Positions 54,996 through 64,000 of a DNA stretch of 64,000 nt are shown here, one piece after another (positions within the stretch are counted from its first letter, which is position 1; every line of letters starts with the position of its first letter). Made by a program: the position numbers and the translations under genes. This stretch comes from Malacoraja senta (Eukaryota), in NCBI GenBank assembly GCA_038087875.1, contig CM075994.1, positions 10,108,001 through 10,172,000 on the forward strand, given 5' to 3'. Under the pieces are notes generated by a model. The model was not told the origin of the DNA, searched no databases, and saw only the letters and a list, made by a program, of their open reading frames with translations.

Positions 54996-57900
54996 GATGT
55001 GGAAACAGCGCATGCGCGGCTCGAGGTGTCTGAGGATCGGAAGAGGGTGAGATGGACCGAGACCGAGAGGAGTCTCCCTGACACCGGGAAGAGGTTTACA
55101 GTGTTTGGGTGTGTGCTGGGATCGGAGGGATTCACATCGGGGAGACATTACTGGGAGGTGGAGGTGGCGGGGAGTCGGTACTGGAGTCTGGGAGTCGCCG
55201 CAGAGTCTGTGGAGAGGAATGGAGAGGACGACCTGACCCCGGGGACTGGAGTCTGGAGCATCTGGCGGCTGGGTGACGAGTTTGATGCCTTCACCTCCCC
55301 TCCATCCCCTCTCCCCACCCGTCCATCCCCGGGAGGGTGGGAGTTTATCTCAGTTACGAGTCCGGGACAGTTTCATTTTACGACGCGGACACCAAGTCCC
55401 ATCTCCACACCTTCACTGGGAATAAATTCACGGAGAACCTTTACCCTTACTTCGAGACTTATGAAGACAACCAGTGGCTGAGAATCTGCTCCAGTTCCGC
55501 TCCGGGTGTGTAAAAGGGTCGGGTCCCGGGACCGGCGTCAGGAGCGGGGCTCAGGGGCTGAGGGGCAGAAACCCGGTGGACAACAGGTCGGCGCTGAACG
55601 GCTCCCATTAAATCCCCAAATTCCGCGTCGTGAAACCCCAGTGAGCGCGGAAATAAAACCAGGGGGAATGTAAATGTGGGAAGAGAGAAATAAAAAGCAA
55701 CTGAAATCAGAGCTGTCTGTCGATCCGTTCATTTTAACGCGTTAACCGCGTCCGGCAAAGGAACAGAAATTACTTTTGTGAAAATATAAAGATTGAAATA
55801 GACCGCCCTTCCCGCGGGCTCAGCAGCGTGTTTGCAGCATTTGATTCCACACAATAGATTGGTTTTCTCCGGAACGGTTCTGTGGAAGAATGGGTTCAAA
55901 CCGAATTCCCGGTTCCAGGTGGGATCCCGTTGTGCTCAGGCTCGGCCTGTCTCTCTGTAGGATACGTAGAACATTCCTTTTTTCAGTCGCTGCCAGACCC
56001 CTCCCTCACCTCTCTCTCAGGTACATCATGTCTGTATCGGTGCTGCTTCCTGCTCTCATTCACTGCTTTAACGCTTCATCTCCGTCACTGCCAATCTCCA
56101 ACCAGCTCCCACTTTCCTCTACTCGAGCCCCGACTCTACCCTTCGCTTTCTCGCCATCTCAGACAACCTCGAGTGGCCAGAGTCCATTCCAAGCCCGCGG
56201 ACGCCATTGGCTAATTCGTCTATCCACGACCCCTGTTTCCGCATCGGAAATTGAATATTCCCTCCTAGATCGGGTGCCTACAGCAACAACACGCTTACAT
56301 TTACACAATGCCCTCGCATCTCTTTTAGGAGACCCCAAAGTGCTTTACTGGTGGAATACTCTTTGAAGTGCAGCCAGGAATGGCAATTGAAATACAGGAG
56401 TCAGTTTGCAGACGGGAACATTCACAGACAGAGTTTAAAAGCAAGCTATACTGTCCAAAGCGATTTGGGTTTATTTCAATTGGAGTATTAGAAGCACCAA
56501 GCACATAATTCAAATAAACACAATCTTTCTATTCGGTTCTTATGAATGTTACTGGTCGTGCGAATTATCCAACTTCAGCAACGGGGTATTAAATGTATCT
56601 GTTGTATTAATCTATAAACCTACAATATTGTAAGTGGGTTTGATTTCAATGAACCAACTCCTTTTACATTTTTTCTCTGATTATCTGCCTCTGTTTCTTC
56701 CCTTCTTTCACCCAATCCATCAGGTGAAACTTTGATCGCCGCCCTCAGCCCAAGAGAGAGAAATAGTCATGAATTGTCAATTGTCATCTGTACCGAGTAA
56801 TGAAATTCTTACTAGTCCTTAATCTGAGCTTGCATCTATATCACTCCTCACAACTTTCCCTTCTTCAACTGCGGGACACACTTCTCTTCCTGACTCCAAT
56901 GTTCGTAAATAATCCTCGCTCCACTTTCAAGGAATGTTGCCATTCCATCCCCCATGTCCGCAATCTTCCAGATTTGTAATCAGCATTCCCAACTCCCAAC
57001 AAAGTGGGTTGCAAAATCTCTGACAAAGACCTTTTTGCCTGAGCCCAGACCTCTGTTGTGTGGGTGGACAAAGCTGAGATAATCAAGTGGGCTTGGGATG
57101 CGTCCGCAGTTGGTCAGGCACGATCTGCGGAGAGAGGATATTAGTTCGCATTCCGAGTCTCTGGTCGAAATTTTCCCTGACCCTGTCAGTCCTGCTGCAC
57201 ATAAAAACATTACTGTTATTGATGTTGTTGGGAATATGAGTCACTGTTCCTCCAGTTTGTGTATAGCCTCACTCTTGCAACGGAGAGGGCCCAGGACAGA
57301 AAGGTCAACGTGGGAATGGGAAGAGGAGTTAAAATTGTTGGCGGACCGAGTGCAGGTGTTCAGCCAAATGGTCGGCGAATCTGGACTTTCACAAGAATGT
57401 GCACCAGGCGTCACCAGGAATACAGGATGCACTAGATGAGGTGACCGAGAACCTCTGTCTCATTTGGAAGGACGGCTGTCATCCCTGGATGGAGGTGAGG
57501 GGGAAGGTCCTATAAATGTAGTCAGTCCAATTGTTCAGTTTAGTTTATTGTCACGTGTACCGAGCTATGGTGAAAAGCTCTTGTTGCGTTGTATCCAGTT
57601 CACAGAAAATCAAGCCATTTCCAGTGTATAGATATATGATAAGGGAAGAACGTTTAGTGCAAAGTAAAGCCAGCAAAGTCCGATCAAGTACAGTCCGAGG
57701 GTCACCAAAGAGGTAGATAGTAGTTCAGCACTTCTCATCAAGGGCAATTCGGCTCTTCGAGCGAGCACCGCCATTTAATATGATCATGGCTAATCATCCA
57801 AAATCAGTACCCTGTTCCTGCTTTCTCCCCATATCCCTTGATTCCGTTAACCCTCAGAGCTTTATCTAACTCTCTCTTGAATACACCCAGTGAATTACCC

Positions 57901-59526
57901 TCTACTGCCATCTGTGGGTGAAAACCTACTCCCTCATCTCAGTCCTATATGACCTACCCCTTATACTTAAACTGTGACCCCTGGTTCTGGATCATCGGGA
58001 ATTTTTTCCTGCATCTTGCATGTCCAATCCGCTGCAATAACTATACGTTTCTAGAAAATCCCCTCTTATCCTTCTGAATTTCAGTGAATATTAGCCCAGT
58101 CGATCCATTCTCGATAACACTTTCACTAACACTATCCTACATTCAAGGGACATTGTTTTAACCAATGTTAGTCTCATCTCAAACTGCCTAACCAGTAGAA
58201 CTGAGATGAGGACAAACCTTTTCACCCCGTGAGTTGAGTGAATTTGTGGAATTATCTTCCTCGGAAGGCAATGGAGGCCGATTCACTGGATAGAGCTCTT
58301 AGGGCGAGAGGAATCAAGGGATATGGGGAGAAGGCAGGAACATGGTACTGATTGTGCGTGATCAGCCATGATCACATTCAATGGCAGTGCTGTCTCCCAT
58401 GGGCCGAATGGCCTATTCCTGCATACATTTTATATATGTCTATGTAACCATGCCACCGACACACACATCCAAATCGTTTACATTTTAAAAAAAGGCCAAG
58501 TTGAGCCAGCACCGAGCCCTGCGTCAAACCATCTGCCGACTGTCTCCATTCTGAGGAGCAACCCTCTATCGCCCTCAGAATCCGACCTTCAGACAAATTA
58601 TGTATCTGGAAAGAGCCATGGTTTTCAAGGGAAATTGGACCCTTGGTTCGGAAAAAGAGACAGATTTACAATAAGTATAGGCAGCATGGAGTAAATGAGG
58701 TGCTTGAGGAGTATAAAGAATGTAAAAAGAATATTAAGAAAAAATTTAGAAAAGCTAAAAGAAGATATGAGGTTGCTTGGGCAAGTAAGGTGAAAGTAAA
58801 TCCAAAGGGTATATAAGCATTTCGATAAGCAGGGTCTGATTAGGAACAGTCAACATGGATTTGTGCCTGGAAGGTCATGCTTGACTAATCTTCTTGAATT
58901 TTTCGAAGAGGTTACTAGGTAAATTGATGAGGGTAAAGCAGTGGATGTTGTCTATATGGACTTCAGTAAGGCCTTTGACAAGGTTCCTCATGGAAGGTTG
59001 GTTAAGAAGATTCAATTGTTGGGTATTAATGGTGGAGTAGCAACATGGATTCAACAGTGGCTGAATGGGAGATGCCAGAGAGTAATGGTGGATGGCTGTT
59101 TGTCAGGTTGGATGCCGGTGACTAGTGGGGTGCCTCAGGGGTCTGTGTTGGGTCCACTGTTGTTTGTCATGTACATCAATGATCTGGATGATGGAGTGGA
59201 AAATTGGATTAGTAAGTATGCAGATGATACTAAGATAGTTGGTGTTGTGGATAATGAAGTAGATTTTCAAAGTCTACAGAGAGATTTAGGCCTTTTTGGA
59301 AGAGTGGGCTGAAAGATGGCAGATGGAGTTTAATGCTGACAAATGTGAGGTGCTACATCTCGGCAGGACAAATCAAAATAGGACGTACATGGTAAATGGT
59401 AGCGAATTGAGGAATGCAGTTGAACAGAGGGATCTAGGAATAACTGTGCATAGTTCCCTGAAGATGGAATCTCGTATAGATAGGGTGGTAAAGAAAGCTT
59501 TTTGTGTGCTGGCCTTTATAAATCAG

Positions 59527-61003
59527 GCCACTGACACCCTCCTCCGCCTAGCGGAGCTGGTACTTACACTTAATAACTTTTCATTTGACTCCTCCCATTT
59601 CCTCCAAATACAAGGCATAGCTATGGGCACACGCATGGGCCCCAGCTACGCCTGCCTCTTTGTCGTGTACGTAGAACAATCCTTGTTCAATGCGTACCAG
59701 GGCCCCATCCCCGACCTCTACCTCCGCTGCATCGATGATTGTTTTGGTGCCACATCCTGCACCCACACACAACTGACTGACTTCATCCGCTTCACCACCA
59801 ACTTCCATCCGGCACTCAAATACACCTGGACCATTTCCGACACTTTCCTACCATTCCTTGACCTCACTATCTCCATCGCAGGTGATAGACTCCTTACCGA
59901 CATCCACTACAAACCTACCGACTCCCATGGCTATCTGGACTACACTTCTTCCCATCCTGCTTCCTATAAGGACTCCATCCCCCACTCCCAATTCCTCCGT
60001 CTACGCCGCATCTGCTCCCAGGATGAGGCGTTCCACACCAGGGCATCTGAAATGTCCTCATTCTTCAGGGAACGGGGGTTCCCCTCCTCCACCATAGATG
60101 AGGCTCGCACCAGGGTCTCTGCCACACCCCGCAACACTGCTCTCTCTCCCCATCCCCCCCACTCACAACAAAGGCAGAGTCCCCCTAGTCCTCACCTTTC
60201 ACCCCACCAGCCGTCACATACAACAAGTGATCCTCCGTCAGTTTTGCCACCTCCAACGTGACCCCACCACTCGCCACATCTTCCCATCTCCCCCCATGTC
60301 TGCCTTCCGCAAAGGCCGCTCCCTCCGTAACTCCCTTGTCAATTCTTCCCTTCCCTCCCATACCACCCCCTCCCCTGGTACTTTCCCTTGCAACCGCAAG
60401 AGATGCAACACTTGTCCCTTCACCTCCCCCCTCCACTCCATTCAAGGACCCAAGCAGTCGTTCCAGGTGCGACAGAGGTTCACCTGCATCTCCTCCAACC
60501 TCATCTATTGCATTCGCTGCTCTAGATGCCAGCTGATCTACATCGGTGAGACCAAGCGGAGGCTTGGCGATCGTTTCGCCGAACACCTCCGGTCGGTCCG
60601 CAATAACCAACCTGAACTCCCGGTGGCTCAGCACTTCAACTCCCCCTCCCATTCCGTATCTGACCTCTCTGTCCTGGGTCTCCTCCATGGCCACAGCGAG
60701 CAACACCGTAAATTGGAGGAAATGCACCTCATATTCCGCTTGGGCAGTCTACATCCTGGGGGCCTCAACATTGAATTCTCCCAATTCTACTAGCCCTTGC
60801 TGTCCCCTCCCCTTCATCAGCCATCTGGTTGTCTCCTCCCCTCCCCCAGCCCTCGGGCTCCTCCTCCGCCTTTGTCCTTTTTTCCTTTCTTCTCCCCACC
60901 CCCTATCAATCTGAAGAAGGGTTTCGGCCCGAAACGTTACCTATTTCCTTCGCTCCATAGATGCTGCTGCACCCGCTGAGTTTCTCCAGCATTTTTGTGT
61001 ACC
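59527..61003 (+). mobile_element. 5'-truncated Penelope-like element (RT C-half + GIY-YIG) nested in a CR1
   Basis: QIQGIAMGTRMGPSYA, CIDDCFG, PCNRKRCNTCPF, NLIYCIRCSRCQLIYIGETKRRLGDRFAEH; CR1 resumes at ATTGAATATAGAAG (~61003). Confidence 0.9.
60905..60945 (+). ncRNA. Putative minimal hammerhead ribozyme in the Penelope 3' terminus (representative copy)
   Basis: CTGAAGA-A-GGGT(TTCG)GCCC-GAAAC-GTT, sense to the element and downstream of the GIY-YIG stop. Confidence 0.6.
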
Positions 61004-62400
61004 ATTGAATATAGAAGTTGGGATGTAATGTTAAAATTGTACAAGGCATTGGTGAGGCCAATTCTGGAGTATGGAGTACAATTTTGGTCGCCTAATTATA
61101 GGAAGGATGTCAACAAAATAGAGAGAGTACAGAGGAGATTTACTAAAATGTTGCCTGGGTTTCAGCAACTAAGTTACAGAGAAAGGTTGAACAAGTTAGG
61201 TCTTTATTCTTTGGAGCGCAAAAGGTTAAGAGGGGACTTGATAGAGGTCTTAAAAATTATGAGCGGGTTAGACAGAGTGGACGTGGATAAGCTTTTCCCA
61301 TTGAGAGTAGGGAAGATTCAAACAAGGGGACATGACTTGAGAATTAAGGGACAGAAGTTTAGGGGGAACATTAGGGGGAACTTCTTTACTCAGAGAGTGG
61401 TAGCTGTGTGGAATGAGCTTCCAGTGGAAGTGGTGGAGGCAGGTTCGATGTTATCCTTTAAAATAGATTGGATGGGTATATGGACGGGAAAGGAATGGAG
61501 GGTTATGGTCTGAGTGCAGGTAGATGGGACTAGAGGGAAGTATTTATTTATATTTAAAAAATAAAAATTAAAAATTAAAAAATAAAAAATGTTCGGCACG
61601 GACTTGAAGGGCCGAGATGGCCTGTTTCCGTGCTGTTATGGTTATATGGTTATATGTGCGAGGTTCAAATGAGCACAGTATTGAGAGAGAGAGAGAGAGA
61701 AGCAACAAGGATAATATGCCTCGGAGTGTAGGAAGAATTGCAGATACTGGTTTAAACCGCAGATAGACACAAAATGCTGGAGTAACTCAGCGGGACAGGC
61801 AGCATCTCTGGAGAGAAGGAATGGGTAACGTTTCAGGTAGAGCCGTTCTCCAGCATTTTGTGCATATCTAAGGGGAATAAGGCTTTTCTGTTTAGTTTAT
61901 TGTCGCGTGTTTCTACGTACAGTGATATACTTTTGTTACGTGCTATCCAGTCAGCAGAAAGACAATACATGATTACAATCGAGCCATTTACAATGTACAG
62001 ATACTCGATGATGGAATCGCGTTTAGTGCAAGGTTAAACCAGCAAAGTCCGTTCATAGTTAAAGTGAGAAATGTTGAGGTGGGAGTAGAGATTTAAGAGT
62101 GTGGGGCGATTGTAATATGTGATTGTAGATCTGCATCGCACGCAAATAGACGCCTTGGTTGGGCGCCATCTCGGAAGCATTAGCGGCAAGAATGACCTGC
62201 AGGGGCTGAGGAAATGCTGCCAATTGGGCTTTCGAATCTGAGTGTTCCGTGTTCGACACTCACTGATTCCACGGTGGCGCAGCGGTAGAGTTGCTGCCTT
62301 GCAGCGCTTGCAGCGCCAGAGACCCGGGTTCGATCCCGTCTAGCGTATTTGTACGTTTTTTTACCGAGATGGCGTGGGTTATCTCCGAGATCTTCGGTTT

Positions 62401-63416
62401 AGATACATAGATACATAGAAAATAGGTGCAGCAGTAGGCCATTCGGCCCTTCGAGCCTGCACCGCCATTCAATATGATCATGGCTGATCATCCAACTCAG
62501 TATCCCGTACCTGCCTTCTCTCCATACCCCCTGATCCCTTTAGCCACAAGGGCCACATCTAACTCCCTCTTAAATATAGCCAATGAACTGGCCTCAACTA
62601 CCCTCTGTGGCAGAGAGTTCCAGAGATTCACCACTCTCTGTGTGAAAAAGTTTTTCCTCATCTCGGTCTTAAAGGATTTCCCCCTTATCCTTAAGCTGTG
62701 ACCCCTTGTCCTGGACTTCCCTAACATCGAGAACAATCTTCCTGCATCTAGCCTGTCCAACCCCATAAGAATTTTGTACGTTTCTATATGATCCCCTCTC
62801 AATCTCCTAAATTCTAGCGAGTATAAGCCAAGTCTATCCAGTCTTTCTTCATATGAAAGTCCTGACATCCCAGGAATCAGTCTGGTGAACCTTCTCTGCA
62901 CCCCCTCTATGGCTATAATGTCCTTCCTCAGATTTGGAGACCAAAACTGTACGCAATACTCCAGGTGTGGTCTCACCAAGACCCTGTACAACTGCAGTAG
63001 AACCTCCCTGCTCCTATACTCAAATCCTTTTGCTATGAAAGCTAACATACCATTCGCTTTCTTCACTGCCTGCTGCGCCTGCATGCCTACTTTCAATGAC
63101 TGGTGTACCATGACACCCAGGTATCGCTGCATCTCCCCTTTTCCTAATCGGCCACCATTTAGATAATATTCTGCTTTCCTATTTTTGCTACCAAAGTGGA
63201 TAACCTCACATTTATCCACATTATACTGCATCTGCCAAACATTTGCCCACTCACCCAGCCTATCCAAGTCACATTGCATTTTTCTAGCAACCTCCTCACA
63301 GCTAACACTGTCCCCAGCTTAGTATCATCCGCAAACTTGGAGATGTTGCCTTCAATTCCCTCATCCAGTTCATTAATATAAATTGTAAATAGCTGGGGTC
63401 CCAGCACTGAGCCTTG
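62401..63416 (-). mobile_element. CR1 3' fragment inserted in a V-SINE
   Basis: ORFs 63437->63159 and 63279->62497; CGGTTT on both sides; SINE halves at ~62268-62400 and ~63417-63725. Confidence 0.92.
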
Positions 63417-63513
63417 CGGTTTCCTGCCACACTCCATAGATGTACAGCTATGTAGGTTAATTTGCGGGTGTATATGTACAATTGTCCCTAGTGTGTGCAG
63501 GATAGTGTTAATA

Positions 63514-63552
63514 TTCAGTCTGACGAAGGGTCTCGACCCGAAACGTCACCTA
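63514..63552 (+). ncRNA. Putative minimal hammerhead ribozyme motif, Penelope-derived
   Basis: CTGACGA-A-GGGT(CTCG)ACCC-GAAAC-GTC-ACC. Confidence 0.55.
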
Positions 63553-64000
63553 ATCCATCGCTCCATCGATGCTGCCTCATCCGCCGAGTTTCTCCCGCAC
63601 TTTTGTCTACCGTTAATATGCGGGGATCGCTGATCGCATCGACCAGCGACCCGGACTCGGTGGGCCGAAGGGCCTGTTTTCGCGGTGTAGCTCTAAACTA
63701 AACTAAACTAAACTAAAGTAAACTGATTAGCAGACAAATTAAACCTTTGCAAACTGCAATGAATTTTAGAGGGTCACATAATGCCCTTAAAACATACACA
63801 CAAACATAGATTGCCTCGAAGACTGGTGCATGAGAGACAGGTGCACTATTGTGGAATAACATAAGGGCGGAGGGAAGTCTCCGTCCATCCTGATCCCGGG
63901 CTGTGAACGGAGATACGGGCGGCGGGTTCCACTGCCCAACAGGTGCAACGCTTCCTCGGGTGACACCCGAGGCTTCCTTCACGCCGGGCCCCGTCCCTTT

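Larger units (their letters stand above)
49457..55513 (+). pseudogene. TRIM copy D, damaged and interrupted by an assembly gap
   Basis: Exon 1 49457-49834 has an intact RING but a 33-nt in-frame loss of the B-box HxxH segment. Exon 2 is 49945-50040. Start of exon 3 (GAAGAGTCACACA, 54783-54795) has its acceptor replaced by a CR1 end. After the gap, the B30.2 exon 54996-55513 has a 1-nt deletion at ~55322. The post-gap exon may belong to another copy. Confidence 0.7.
58680..61655 (+). mobile_element. CR1 LINE of a different subfamily, split by a Penelope insertion
   Basis: [34 protein letters not shown]-terminal part resumes in ORF 60995-61513. Confidence 0.9.
61740..64000 (+). repeat. Duplicated TRIM upstream region (paralogous to ~47060-48930), implying another TRIM copy beyond the window
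   Basis: Colinear with the copy D upstream region up to the window end, roughly 0.5 kb before the expected ATG. Confidence 0.85.

Noticed and set aside
54659..55148. ORFs spanning the N run
   Set aside because: Artefacts of translating through the gap.
59296..60261. 321-aa ORF fusing CR1 RT tail and Penelope RT
   Set aside because: Chance in-frame junction of a nested insertion at ~59527; both parents are truncated or frameshifted and the ORF has no ATG start.

Overview
Repeat-rich vertebrate genomic DNA. The repeat families (HE1/V-SINE-like SINEs, CR1 LINEs, Penelope elements) suggest a cartilaginous fish such as a skate or ray; this is an inference. Genes: (i) an intronless cytosolic HSP70 on the minus strand (3778->1863) with a frameshift near 2300 and a diverged substrate-binding half; (ii) a tandem and inverted cluster of RING/B-box/coiled-coil/B30.2 (PRY-SPRY) TRIM paralogues. 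Copy A (+, 10760-22210, six exons, 471 aa) is intact. Copy B (-, 32846-~27055) is a pseudogene. Copy C (+, 35868-38182) has lost RING, B-box and coiled-coil through an in-frame deletion and could encode a 224-aa B30.2-only protein. Copy D (+, 49457-55513) is damaged and spans a 200-N gap. The upstream region of a probable fifth copy runs off the right edge. The rest is CR1, L1 and Penelope retroelements, SINEs and foldback/MITE elements. Most notable: the B30.2-only TRIM, a 15-unit ~42-bp CCAAT+GC-box array between the divergent HSP70 and TRIM genes, and many hammerhead-ribozyme core motifs in Penelope termini. Repeat boundaries were read by eye and are approximate.
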